The notes: generated by a model from the letters alone, not told the origin. A stretch of DNA of 64,000 nucleotides from Microbacterium sp. (GCF_041909575.1 NZ_JAYRDE010000004.1:2748-66747); one strand, 5' to 3'; positions 51,350-60,890 are shown, counted from the first letter of the stretch. Numbers and translations: made by a program.

Positions 51350-51967
51350 ATGCGCCGGTCACCGCTGCTCGCCGTCCTCGCCGCGGGTGTGCTCGCGCTG
51401 AGCGCGTGCGCCGGGTCACCGGCCGGCGCACCGTCCACGTCGCCGAGCCACGACATCCTCGTCCACACGATCGCCGAGCAGGTCGACGAGGAGCTGCGCG
51501 ACGAGCTGCTCCAGCTGCTCGAGGACGACCAGGCGGAACGCCTCGAAGGAGCCGACTTCGGAGGTGACGCGCCGCGCACCGAGCGCCTGGCCGAGATCAT
51601 CGACGAGCACGGCTGGCCGGGCTACTCCCTCGTGGGCGAGGAGGCGGAGGACGCCGCCTGGGCGATCGCCCAGCACTCCGACCACGACGTCGAGTTCCAG
51701 CAGTATGCGCTGCACCACCTCGTCGTGGCCGCGGAGGCCGATGACGCCTCACCCGGGAACGTCGCCTATCTGACGGACCGGGTGGCGGTGAACCTGGGTG
51801 AGCCCCAGGTCTACGGCACACAGGTCGCGTGCGGCGAGGACGGCCCCGCCCCGGTGGTCCCGATCGCCGAGGAGGCATCGGTCGATGACAGACGAGCGGA
51901 TGCCTCGCTCCCGCCGCTGGCGGATTACTACGCCGAGATGGAGGCGATCTGCACGGAGGAGTTCTGA
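51350..51967 (+). CDS. DUF6624-like lipoprotein
   Basis: LALSAC lipobox; DDQ..R, HGWPG...G, AW..AQH, AYLTDRV...QVYGTQ. Confidence 0.8.
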   Translation: MRRSPLLAVLAAGVLALSACAGSPAGAPSTSPSHDILVHTIAEQVDEELRDELLQLLEDDQAERLEGADFGGDAPRTERLAEIIDEHGWPGYSLVGEEAEDAAWAIAQHSDHDVEFQQYALHHLVVAAEADDASPGNVAYLTDRVAVNLGEPQVYGTQVACGEDGPAPVVPIAEEASVDDRRADASLPPLADYYAEMEAICTEEF

Positions 51968-52014
51968 GGGCTGTCCGACGCAGGACCTGAGGGGACTCCG
52001 TCGGACCGCTCAAC

Positions 52015-52055
52015 GAAACGACGAAACGCCCCGCAAGGGGGCGTTTCGGCGTTTC
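52015..52055 (-). terminator. Terminator hairpin downstream of tRNA-Ala
   Basis: GAAACGACGAAACGCCCC-GCAA-GGGGGCGTTTCGGCGTTTC. Confidence 0.8.
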
Positions 52056-52056
52056 G

Positions 52057-52129
52057 TGGACCTGAGGGGAATCGAACCCCTGACCTCCTCGATGCGAACG
52101 AGGCGCGCTACCAACTGCGCTACAGGCCC
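52057..52129 (-). tRNA. tRNA-Ala(CGC), CCA not encoded
   Basis: GGGCCTGTAGCGCAGTTGGTAGCGCGCCTCGTTCGCATCGAGGAGGTCAGGGGTTCGATTCCCCTCAGGTCCA; anticodon CGC. Confidence 0.97.
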
Positions 52130-52197
52130 GTGAACCTCCGTTAGATTATCACGCTCCGAGAGGCCTCCCGCGCCGCCCTGTTCCACCGGCCGCCGCG

Positions 52198-52278
52198 CCA
52201 TAACTCCTCAAGAATCCGCCGCCTTCGGCCACTTTCCCCGCGGTCACGCCGATTCCGCGCCGAGCGTGAGGAGTACGG
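52198..52278. repeat. AACTCC-family inverted-repeat element (diverged copy)
   Basis: CCATAACTCCTCA / TGAGGAGTACGG; internal GATTCCGCG. Confidence 0.7.
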
Positions 52279-52322
52279 ACACCGCGGCTCCGCGCACCCC
52301 CGGCCGATCCCGCGACCGACGC

Positions 52323-52420
52323 CTGCAGAACTCCACGGAATCGGCATCCGGCCCCGCCGCCGTCCGCGCCGCACCGAGGGCTTCCGCGGCGGTGGCGTCG
52401 AGATCCGTGGAGTTCCGCAG
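52323..52420. repeat. AACTCC-family inverted-repeat element
   Basis: CTGCAGAACTCCACGGA / TCCGTGGAGTTCCGCAG (1 mismatch); internal TTCCGCG. Confidence 0.8.
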
Positions 52421-52532
52421 ACGCCGGCGCCAGCCCTCATCCCCGCGCGAACGGAGAGCGTACGGTTGACCGCTTCACGGCCGCCGAATCGGTCGTCCGC
52501 GCTCTCTCGACGAGACCCGGCGAACTCGGCGA

Positions 52533-53612
52533 CTACTCGCCGGACGCGCGGCGCGTCAGCAGATCGCGGACGTGCGCCTCGATCTCGGCGTCGTCGACGT
52601 AGCCCATGCGCACGAAGTCCGAACCCGCCGAACTCCCGGAACCCGCCGAACCCCCGGCACCCGCCGAACCGCCGACGCGGGCGACCCGCGCCGTGTCGAT
52701 CGACGGCGGCCGCTGGGCTTCCGCCCGCTCGCGCATGGCCTCTTCGAGCGCGGCCTGACGCAGCGACTCGCGTGCCGCCTCGGCTTCAAGCACCGCGGCC
52801 GCGCGCGAGCCCGCAGACGCGGTGAGCGGGCGGGGCAGCTCTCGCGGCGCCCACGCGCGCGACGCCTGCTCGAGCTCGACGTCCTGCAGCCGTACATCGG
52901 GGCGCTCGACCGGCGCCTGGGCGACCCTCACCGCGGCGCGCGCGGCGACGCGGGAGAGCCGGTGAAGAACGAGACCGGATGCCGCGGCCACTGCGCCACC
53001 GGCCCACAGCCACAGCTGCGCGCCGGTCGTCACGACCGCGAAGGCTCCCCAGCCCGCGAGCGCCAGACCGCCCACCCCGGCGAGCGTCGCCGCGAACCGG
53101 AACCAGCGCCGCGCCCGCGCCCGGCGAGCCGGCGGAGTGGAGCGTGCGGCGACGATCTCGGCGCGCGCCGAGGCCTGCGCGGCGAGCATCTCGGCCCGCG
53201 CGGCGGCCTGAGCCGCCTGGATCTCGGCCCGCGCGGCGGCCTCGGCGGCCGCGCGCGCACCGCGGGCGCGCGCGAGCTCCACCTTCGCGAACGCCACGCT
53301 CGTCACCCCGTCGGGGCGGGCGCGCTCGAGTTCGACGCGGGCCTGCTCGAGCGCCGCGGACTCGCGCTCGGCGAGGGCCTGGCGTGCGAGCCGCTGCTGG
53401 GCCATCGCCGTGCGGGCGTTGAGCTCGAGGCGCACCTCCGCGGGCGTCTCGCTCGTCTCGGCCAGCACGCGCAAGGCCTGATTGAGCCGCACCGCGTTGC
53501 GCTCGGCGGCGTCGTACTGGCGCCGGCTGTACAACGACGGAAGCAGATAGACCAGCCACAGGAGCACGGCGACGAGCATGATGACGCCCCCGCCCAGCAC
53601 CTGACCGTCCAT
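52533..53612 (-). CDS. Membrane coiled-coil protein, positional equivalent of GlpR/SepX
   Basis: N-terminal TM (LLWLVYLLPS), Ala-rich coiled coil, two central TMs, disordered tail; lies between rimJ and tRNA-Ala. Confidence 0.7.
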   Translation of the reverse strand: MDGQVLGGGVIMLVAVLLWLVYLLPSLYSRRQYDAAERNAVRLNQALRVLAETSETPAEVRLELNARTAMAQQRLARQALAERESAALEQARVELERARPDGVTSVAFAKVELARARGARAAAEAAARAEIQAAQAAARAEMLAAQASARAEIVAARSTPPARRARARRWFRFAATLAGVGGLALAGWGAFAVVTTGAQLWLWAGGAVAAASGLVLHRLSRVAARAAVRVAQAPVERPDVRLQDVELEQASRAWAPRELPRPLTASAGSRAAAVLEAEAARESLRQAALEEAMRERAEAQRPPSIDTARVARVGGSAGAGGSAGSGSSAGSDFVRMGYVDDAEIEAHVRDLLTRRASGE

Positions 53613-53669
53613 GGGGACAACCGTACGTGCCGCGGGCGCCCGGGCCGCGGCATCCGTTCGCGTGTCGTC

Positions 53670-54299
53670 CTATGCGTGCAGGCGGTCCGCGGGCGGCACC
53701 GTCGCGGCATCCGCCGGCGCACGCCCGTCGATCCACCGTCGCAGCACCCCGTCCGGCACGTCCTCGCGCACGAGGGCGAACGCGTAGTGGTCGCGCCAGT
53801 CGCCGTCGATGTGGATGAATCTGCGGCGCAGCCCCTCGTAGCGGAAGCCGAGCTTCTCGACGACGCGGAGGCTCGCGGCGTTCTCGGGCCGGATGCAGAT
53901 CTCCATGCGGTGCAGGCGCAGCTCGCTGAAGCACACGTCGGTCGCGAGGGCGACGGCGGTGGGCGTGATGCCGCGCCCTGCGAACCGCTTGCTCACCCAG
54001 TAGCCGATCGTCGCCGAAGCGAGCGACCCGCGCGCGATCCCCCACACGTTGAGCTGTCCGGCGATGTTGCCGTCGTGCTCCATGACGAAGGGCACCCCGG
54101 CGCCGTCGCGGTACTGCTGCAGCAGGCGTCGGACGCCCAGGCGCATGTCGAACGAGACGGGCCCGTCGGGGCTCGTCGCCTCCCACGGGCGCAGCCAGTC
54201 CCGATTGGACAGGAGCTCGTTCTGGAGCGTCCGGGCGTCCCGCTGGCGCACCAGCCGGATCGACACCGGTCCGTGGCTGCGCGGAGCCGTCAGATCCAC
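53670..54299 (-). CDS. RimJ-like GNAT N-acetyltransferase
   Basis: LRPWEAT, IGYWV, LHRMEICIRPEN.AS.RV.EKLGF..EG, DGDWRDH; start approximate. Confidence 0.9.
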   Translation of the reverse strand: MDLTAPRSHGPVSIRLVRQRDARTLQNELLSNRDWLRPWEATSPDGPVSFDMRLGVRRLLQQYRDGAGVPFVMEHDGNIAGQLNVWGIARGSLASATIGYWVSKRFAGRGITPTAVALATDVCFSELRLHRMEICIRPENAASLRVVEKLGFRYEGLRRRFIHIDGDWRDHYAFALVREDVPDGVLRRWIDGRAPADAATVPPADRLHA

Positions 54300-54325
54300 G
54301 TCACCACCCCCTCGAACGGGCGGCG

Positions 54326-55213
54326 TCAGAGCTTCGCCGCGAACTCCTTGAACCACGGCCGCAGCTCGGGGCCGAGATCGTCGCGATCGGCGGCGAGCTG
54401 GACGATGGCCTTGATGTAGTCCACCCTATCGCCGGTGTCGTACCGGCGACCGCTGAACACGACGCCGTGCACGCCGGGGCCGTCGGGGTCGGCGGCGAGC
54501 TCCTGCAGAGCGTCGGTGAGCTGGATCTCCCCACCCTTCCCGGGCTCGGTGCGCGCGAGGATCTCGAAGACGCTGGGCGTCAGCACGTACCGGCCGATGA
54601 CGGCGAGGTTGGAGGGGGCGTCCTCCTTCGAAGGCTTCTCGACGAGGCCCGTGACGCGTACGATCCCGTCGGTGCCGGTCTCCTCGACGGCTGCGGCACC
54701 GTACATGTGGATGTGCTCGGGATCGACCTCCATGAGCGCGACGACCGTCGCACCGGTGCGCTCGTGCTCGGCGATCATCGTGGTGAGCAGCGGGTCGCGC
54801 TCGTCGATGAGGTCGTCCCCGAGCATCACGACGAACGAGGAGCTTCCCACGTGGGCCTTCGCGCGCAGCACGGCGTGGCCAAGCCCCTTGGGCTCGCCCT
54901 GACGGACGAAGTGGATGTCGGCGAGCTCGCTGGAGGCCTGAACCTTCGCGAGCTTGTCCTCGTCACCCTTATTGCGCAGGTTGTCCTCGAGCTCGGGCAC
55001 CGAGTCGAAGTGATTGGAGAGATTGTTCTTGTTGCGGCCGATGATGATCAGGATGTCGTCGATGCCGGCCTGGGTGGCCTCCTCGACGACGTACTGGATC
55101 GCGGGCTTGTCGACGACGGGGAGCATCTCTTTGGGCATCGCCTTCGTCGCCGGGAGGAAGCGGGTTCCGAGACCTGCGGCCGGGATGACAGCCTTCATGG
55201 GGGTGTTGGGCAT
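54326..55213 (-). CDS. galU: UTP-glucose-1-phosphate uridylyltransferase
   Basis: KAVIPAAGLGTRFLPATKAMPKEMLP, QGEPKGLGHA, GEIQLTDAL; TAGAAT -10 seven nt before the ATG. Confidence 0.96.
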   Translation of the reverse strand: MPNTPMKAVIPAAGLGTRFLPATKAMPKEMLPVVDKPAIQYVVEEATQAGIDDILIIIGRNKNNLSNHFDSVPELEDNLRNKGDEDKLAKVQASSELADIHFVRQGEPKGLGHAVLRAKAHVGSSSFVVMLGDDLIDERDPLLTTMIAEHERTGATVVALMEVDPEHIHMYGAAAVEETGTDGIVRVTGLVEKPSKEDAPSNLAVIGRYVLTPSVFEILARTEPGKGGEIQLTDALQELAADPDGPGVHGVVFSGRRYDTGDRVDYIKAIVQLAADRDDLGPELRPWFKEFAAKL

Positions 55214-55326
55214 GCCTGGCATTCTAGGGCGACCGGCTGCACCTCCTCCGCGCGTTGACACCGCGTGGCGCAGCCGATAGCCCGCATGCGACGCTGCCGA
55301 CCCGCGCGCCGCCTAGAATCGAGGGC

Positions 55327-55923
55327 ATGTCCGACGCGATCGCCGATGCGAAGCGCGCCCTGCGCGCGGAGCTCCGCGAGCGTCGGCAGCTGCTGACGCC
55401 GCACCAGCGCGAACTCGCCGCCGACGGCATCCGCTCCCAGCTCGACGCCCTGGTCGACCGGCTCGGCGTGACCTCGATGTCGTGCTTCCTCTCGACGACG
55501 ACCGAGCCGGGAACGCGCGAATTCGTAGCGGCGGCGGTGGAGCGCGGCATCCGCGTGCTCCTGCCGGTCACCCGCACGGACGGCCTGCTGGACTGGTCGG
55601 TCGCGACGCGCGACCTCGACATCGCCGAGGGCATGTTCGGCCTGCCTGAGCCCGTCGGCGAGCTCATCGGACCGATCGCCGTCAACGACGTCGACCTGCT
55701 CGTGATCCCGGCGGCCGCCGTCGACCGCAGCGGCATGCGCCTGGGCTGGGGCCGCGGCTACTTCGACAAGACGATCGGCTCGATGCACCGCTGCCCGCCC
55801 GTGTACGCGGTGGTCTTCGACTCCGAAGTGCTCGACGAGGTGCCCAGCGACGTGCACGACCAGCCCGTCACGGGCGCCGTCACCCCCACGCAGACCCTGG
55901 TCCTCGCGCCCGCCCGGCGCTGA
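55327..55923 (+). CDS. 5-formyltetrahydrofolate cyclo-ligase
   Basis: KRALR, EPGT, IPAAAVDRSG.RLGWGRGYFD, HDQPV. Confidence 0.93.
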   Translation: MSDAIADAKRALRAELRERRQLLTPHQRELAADGIRSQLDALVDRLGVTSMSCFLSTTTEPGTREFVAAAVERGIRVLLPVTRTDGLLDWSVATRDLDIAEGMFGLPEPVGELIGPIAVNDVDLLVIPAAAVDRSGMRLGWGRGYFDKTIGSMHRCPPVYAVVFDSEVLDEVPSDVHDQPVTGAVTPTQTLVLAPARR

Positions 55924-55940
55924 CAGCCCCTGAGAGAGAC

Positions 55941-56240
55941 ATGCCCACCTACGCCTACGCCTGCAAGCAGTGCGGCCACCGCTTCGACGCCGTGCAGTCC
56001 TTCGCCGACCCCACCCTCACCGAGTGCCCCGAATGCGGCGGACCGCTGCGCAAGGAGTACGGCTCGATCGGCGTGACCTTCAACGGCTCGGGCTTCTACC
56101 GCACCGACTCGCGCGCGTCGGGTTCGGGCGGCGGGACGGATGCCTCGGCTGGCGCCTCCTCGTCGGGTTCGGCATCATCGAAGTCCGAGGCGAAGCCGGC
56201 GGCGTCCTCCGCGAAGCCGGCGGCCTCGTCCGGGTCCTGA
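55941..56240 (+). CDS. FmdB-family zinc-ribbon protein
   Basis: MPTYAYACKQC...CPECGG, FNGSGFYRTDSR. Confidence 0.92.
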   Translation: MPTYAYACKQCGHRFDAVQSFADPTLTECPECGGPLRKEYGSIGVTFNGSGFYRTDSRASGSGGGTDASAGASSSGSASSKSEAKPAASSAKPAASSGS

Positions 56241-56293
56241 CCGGCGGGGCCGGGTCCACACCGGCGGAAGCCGGCGACAGTGAGGAGCAGCAC

Positions 56294-56707
56294 GTGATCA
56301 GAGGCTTCAAGGAGTTCATCCTCCGCGGCAACGTCATCGACCTGGCCGTCGCGGTGGTCATCGGCGCGGCGTTCACGGCGGTCGTCAATTCGATCGTCGC
56401 GAGCATCATCAATCCGCTCATCGAACTCTTCTGGAAGCCCGACGCGAACGGGAAGATCGGCTTCACCGTGGAGGGCCTGTGGGGCCCGGTCACCTTCCCG
56501 ATCAGCGACCTGATCAACGCGATCATCGCGTTCCTCGCGGTGGCCGTGGTGGTCTACTTCGTATTCGTCTACCCGATGAACCGGATCAAGGAGCGCGCCG
56601 CCGCCAAGGCCGGCGTCTCCCCCGCCGACGAGGAGCCGAAGCTCCCCACCGAGCAGGAACTGCTCGTGCAGATCCGCGACCTGCTCGCCGCCCAGCCGAA
56701 GGCCTGA
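56294..56707 (+). CDS. mscL: Large-conductance mechanosensitive channel
   Basis: GFKEFILRGNVIDLAVAVVIG.AF; LL.QIRDLL; RBS GAGGAG. Confidence 0.95.
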   Translation: MIRGFKEFILRGNVIDLAVAVVIGAAFTAVVNSIVASIINPLIELFWKPDANGKIGFTVEGLWGPVTFPISDLINAIIAFLAVAVVVYFVFVYPMNRIKERAAAKAGVSPADEEPKLPTEQELLVQIRDLLAAQPKA

Positions 56708-56768
56708 TCCCGCCGGGCCGCGCGGTGCGCGCGATGCGCGCCGTGCTGCGCCGTTCTTCCCGCCCTGC

Positions 56769-56868
56769 GGCGCAGAACTCCTGCAGATTGCCCGCGGCCG
56801 GCGGTCGCGGCCGCGGAATCCCGGGGCGCGGGGCCTGACGGCCCGCGAAAGTGCAGGAGTTATGCGCC
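56769..56868. repeat. AACTCC-family inverted-repeat element
   Basis: GGCGCAGAACTCCTGCA / TGCAGGAGTTATGCGCC; 66-bp spacer; same length and central motif as the 25262 copy, in opposite orientation. Confidence 0.9.
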
Positions 56869-56989
56869 CGAGGGGCCGGAGCCGATCCGGCGCCGCAGGC
56901 GGGAGATCTCGATACACGCCGGTGCGCGGCGCACTCGATCTTCACCCGAGACGCCTCAACGCCGCTGCGCGGCATTGACCCGGCTCGCG

Positions 56990-57184
56990 TCAATAGTGCG
57001 GGGGCACGTCCTGCCTCAGGCGCTCGTCGTTCGGGCCGGTAGAGGCAGCGGATGCCGCGGCGCGGCCGGGATCCGCGGACTCGTCGCCCGCCACCGGCTC
57101 GGCGCTCGTACCGGGGGCCGGGGTCAGCCGCACCCGACGGGAACCGGGGACCCGCTCGATGCGCTGGCGCTCAGTCGGACACAT
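56990..57184 (-). CDS. Small conserved-looking hypothetical protein
   Basis: RRVRLTP..G and terminal NDERLRQDVPPHY; overlaps the stop of the upstream large gene. Confidence 0.6.
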   Translation of the reverse strand: MCPTERQRIERVPGSRRVRLTPAPGTSAEPVAGDESADPGRAAASAASTGPNDERLRQDVPPHY

Positions 57185-60100
57185 CGAGCGGCTGCGTGTC
57201 GGTCTCGACGCGCGGGGCCTCGGGCGGCACGCCGAGCATCGCGGCGATCCGCTGGGCGACTCCCGCGGGGTCGCTGTACAGGTCGAACGAGTGCACGCGA
57301 ACGTAGTGCCAGCCGAGCCGGCGCAGGATCTGCGGCCGCAGTCGCAGCGACTCGCGCAGCGATTCGCCGATCGTCTCGGGGTCGCTCTCCACGACGACCG
57401 CCTTGCCGCCGTACTGCGCGACGAGCGGCAGCAGTCCGCGGTAGTGCACGTCGACCGAGAGCCCGCAGCGACGCAGTTCGCGCGCGAGCGCGAGGGTGAG
57501 CGGATCGGCGAGATCCTCGAGGCGGGCGTCTCGCGCCCGCGCGGCGATGCCCCCGAGGATCGACATCAGGGTCGCGGCTCCGTGCTCGAGGCGTCCGTCG
57601 TCGAAGGCCGAGGGGCGGATCGACGACACGATCACCATGGACCGGCGGGCGCGCGTCATCCCGACCGTGAGCAGGCGCTCCCCGTCGGGGGTCGACAGGT
57701 CGCCGAAGTCGCTGAGCACACGGCCGTGCTTGGTGAGCCCGAATCCGAGCGAGAAGATCACCCGGTCGCGGCTCTCGGCGACGGACTCCTCGAGGCTCAG
57801 CACGGCGAACGGCTCGGCGGTGTCGCGAGAGAGGAAGTCCGCGACATCCGATCGTCCGGCGAAAGCCGCCTCGACGGACGCGCGGATCCGCTCCGCGTGC
57901 CGCGGGCTGGCTGTCACGACCATGAGCGACTCCGAGCCGCGGTTGATCGCATGCTCGACGACGAGCGTCACGACGCGCTGCACCTCGGCGTCGGGGCTCT
58001 CGACCGCGCCGGTCACGGGATCGGGGGCTCCGGTGCCGCCTTCGACGTAGTCCACGCCCAGGCTGCCGCGCCCGAGGTACGACCCGGCCCACGGCAGCGA
58101 CACGATCTCGCCGCCGTAGAAGGCGTCGTTGACGAGTTCGGCGAGGTCCTCGCCGCCGGCGCGGTAGCTGCGGGTGAGCGTCTCGACGGGCAGCAGCTCG
58201 GCGAGGCGCTCGAACACGCTGACCGCGTCGAACGGCACCTCGGGCTCCTCTGCCGGCGCACCGGCGGCGACACGGAACGGCGTGGGCTTCTGCGTCACGG
58301 GGTCGCCGAACACGACGACCTGCCGGGCGCGGCGGAGCGCAGGCGCGGCTTCCGCGAGACACAGGGCCGCGGCATCCGCGATCACCACCACGTCGAACGA
58401 CGGCGCGGCCGGCAGGAGCGGAACGTCGTAGGGCGACGCCAGCCACACCGGCGCGAGCGTCCGCGAGAGAGTCGGCGCGACCTCGGCCAGCCGCGTCGCG
58501 GAGATCTCGCCGTTCTTGAGCGCGAGCTTCAGTGCGGCGGCCTCGTCGGACTCGTCCACGATGCCGATGCGCCACTGCGTCGCCAGCTGCGATGCGAGGA
58601 GAGGTCCGGATGCCGCGGCATGGGCCTCATCGACGAGCCGGAAGTCGCGTTCCAGGCGATCGACGACGGCGGTGTTGGCTCCGAGCACCGCACGGTCGGT
58701 GCGCAACAGCTGCTCGAGCGCGGACTGCCACCACGCGTACTCGAGCTCGTCGGCGACGCGCTCCTCGGGCACGTGCCGCACCGAGAGCTCGGTGAGCAGC
58801 GGCTCGAGGCCGAGCGCGGCGAGCTCGGTGCGCAGGGTGGCGCGCTCCTTGAGGTTGTCGAACACGTCGGATTCGGCGGCGAGGCCGGCGAGCGTGCGCA
58901 CGAGCTGCTTCACGGGTAGCGTGGCGAGACGCTCGGCGCCGGTGCGGCCGAGGATGGCGTCGAGTTCGCCCAGCTCCGCCTCGACGCGCGACCAGGCGAC
59001 GTGGACGTCGGCCAGGCCGATCGGCACCTCGGGCGTGACACCGGCGTCGACGAAGCGCTGCCATTCGGTGCGCTGCTGCTGGATGCGCACGAGCGCCTCG
59101 TACATGTCGGGCACGTGCACCCCGGGGCGCACGTACTCGCGCGAGAGCCGGCGCAGGCGGCGACGGTTGGCTCCGGTCATGTTCGGCGAGTCGCGGCGGG
59201 GTCCGTGCGCCTGGATGAGCTCGCCGAGCGGCCGCTCGAAGACCGTGAGGCTGAACTTGTCGAGCGAATCCCGGATGCCCTGCAGCACCCGCAGGTACGC
59301 CCCGAGCTCGGAGATCGTGTGGAAGGGGCGCATGCGCGTCTGCGCGATGAGCTCGTAGCCGCGCTCGAGCAGGCTGGGCAGCTCGCTGCGCTGCAGCTTG
59401 CCGGCGAGGGCGTGGGCGGCGCGGGCCTCCTCCGTCGTCGCGAACGACACGCCGTACCAGGGCGAGTCGTCGGGACCGAAGCGGAACTCCCCCAGCCGTG
59501 CGGCGGCGGCGAGCTTGGCGGCCGCTTCGGTGCGCGTGTCGGCCAGGCGCTCCAGGGTCACAGCGCCGAAACGCGCCGCAGTGGTCGGCGGGTTCTCGCG
59601 CCCGGCGAGCGTCGCGAGCGCGCGCAGGATCTCGAGCACCGAGACCCCGAGGGTCGGATGCTGCGCCGTGACCGCTCCGCGATAGTCGCGCAGCACGCCC
59701 CGGAGCCGGACGAGGGCGTCGTCGATGTCGGCGACCTTGGGCTTCTCGGCCTTCTCGTTGCGGCCGATCGCGCGGATGAGGTCGGCGCGCAGGCGCCGGG
59801 GCGAGACGGCGAGGCCGGGCAGGCCGACGGCGGCGAGGCGGTGGCGGATGCCGTCGATCGTCGAGCTGCGGGCGCTCACGACGAGCACGCGCTTGCCGTC
59901 GTGCACGAGCGCCCCGACGGCGTTGATCACGGTCTGGGTGCCGCCGGTGCCGGGAAGCGTGTGGACGGCGAGCGATTGTCCCGCGGTGATGCGGGCGAGG
60001 ACGCGCTCCTGCTCGGAGTCGGCGTCGAGGAGGAGGGTGTCGGCGGCGGGCGCGCGCTCGTCGGGGCCCACCGGCTCGACGGCGTCGCGGCGCAGCTGGA

Positions 60101-60890
60101 GCGTCTCGCGATCGGCGGGGTGACCGGCGAGCGCGTTGAGCACCGGGTGGTCGAGATCCGCCGCGTCGCGCGACATCCCGCTGCCGACGTCGGCGAAGCT
60201 CGAGACGAGCAGGCGCGGCTTGACGACGTAGGAGTCGATCCAGCCGGTCAGCGCGCGCAGGTGGTCGATGACGGGCTGCGGCTTGAACACGCCGCCCTCG
60301 TAGGCCAGGGCCGCGAGGCCGGCGCCGTCGAGCTCGATCGAGAAGTGGGCGAGCATCGCGCGCACGAGTTCGGGATTGACGATGAACGAGCCGTGGAGCT
60401 TCAGCTCGAAGTCGGAGTGATGGCGGCGGATGGCGAGCGGACGGAGCAGGATCGGCGCCGAGCACTCGAGCCCGCCGATGCGCCACTGGGCGAGGCCGAC
60501 GGCGAGATGCACGGACTCGAGGCCGCGGGTGGCGCGCAGCTCGACGTTCTTCGCGGTGATCCGCTCGGCGGCCAGGCGCGCGTTGCGCAGGGCGACCTCG
60601 TCGCGGAAGAGGTTCGACAGCAGCGTGGAGCGTCCGGTGATGAACTGGGGCAGGCTGCCCGGATGCGCCTTGGTGATCTCGATCGAGGCGTCGAGCGCGT
60701 CGGTGAAGTGCAGCAGCGTCGAACGGCCGCCGAGTTCGGCGGACTCCAGCCGCAGGCGCTCGCGCTCGGGGTCGGCGATGTGCGCCACCACGACATCGGG
60801 CTCGGCGAGGCCGAGATCGCTCGGCGTCACCGCGCTGCCGTGCACAGCGTCTTCTGCGCCGGCCACGACGCTGCCTTCTGCTCGCCACAC
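57171..60890 (-). CDS. Degenerate SF1 (Upf1/DNA2-like) helicase with C-terminal Vsr/DUF559-like nuclease fold
   Basis: DADSEQ, LPGTGGTQT, ADAAA, GDP, VGMTRAR, VESD...LRRLGW; TAGTGT -10 seven nt before GTG 60890. Confidence 0.88.
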   Translation of the reverse strand: MWRAEGSVVAGAEDAVHGSAVTPSDLGLAEPDVVVAHIADPERERLRLESAELGGRSTLLHFTDALDASIEITKAHPGSLPQFITGRSTLLSNLFRDEVALRNARLAAERITAKNVELRATRGLESVHLAVGLAQWRIGGLECSAPILLRPLAIRRHHSDFELKLHGSFIVNPELVRAMLAHFSIELDGAGLAALAYEGGVFKPQPVIDHLRALTGWIDSYVVKPRLLVSSFADVGSGMSRDAADLDHPVLNALAGHPADRETLQLRRDAVEPVGPDERAPAADTLLLDADSEQERVLARITAGQSLAVHTLPGTGGTQTVINAVGALVHDGKRVLVVSARSSTIDGIRHRLAAVGLPGLAVSPRRLRADLIRAIGRNEKAEKPKVADIDDALVRLRGVLRDYRGAVTAQHPTLGVSVLEILRALATLAGRENPPTTAARFGAVTLERLADTRTEAAAKLAAAARLGEFRFGPDDSPWYGVSFATTEEARAAHALAGKLQRSELPSLLERGYELIAQTRMRPFHTISELGAYLRVLQGIRDSLDKFSLTVFERPLGELIQAHGPRRDSPNMTGANRRRLRRLSREYVRPGVHVPDMYEALVRIQQQRTEWQRFVDAGVTPEVPIGLADVHVAWSRVEAELGELDAILGRTGAERLATLPVKQLVRTLAGLAAESDVFDNLKERATLRTELAALGLEPLLTELSVRHVPEERVADELEYAWWQSALEQLLRTDRAVLGANTAVVDRLERDFRLVDEAHAAASGPLLASQLATQWRIGIVDESDEAAALKLALKNGEISATRLAEVAPTLSRTLAPVWLASPYDVPLLPAAPSFDVVVIADAAALCLAEAAPALRRARQVVVFGDPVTQKPTPFRVAAGAPAEEPEVPFDAVSVFERLAELLPVETLTRSYRAGGEDLAELVNDAFYGGEIVSLPWAGSYLGRGSLGVDYVEGGTGAPDPVTGAVESPDAEVQRVVTLVVEHAINRGSESLMVVTASPRHAERIRASVEAAFAGRSDVADFLSRDTAEPFAVLSLEESVAESRDRVIFSLGFGLTKHGRVLSDFGDLSTPDGERLLTVGMTRARRSMVIVSSIRPSAFDDGRLEHGAATLMSILGGIAARARDARLEDLADPLTLALARELRRCGLSVDVHYRGLLPLVAQYGGKAVVVESDPETIGESLRESLRLRPQILRRLGWHYVRVHSFDLYSDPAGVAQRIAAMLGVPPEAPRVETDTQPLDVSD

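Noticed and set aside
51967-52533. Genomic island integrated at tRNA-Ala
   Set aside because: No integrase, no duplicated tRNA 3-prime end, and the terminator and flanking hem and galU blocks look native.
57171-60890. Pseudogene
   Set aside because: The 3.7-kb frame is uninterrupted with typical codon usage and a plausible promoter. The changes are focused on catalytic residues rather than random decay.
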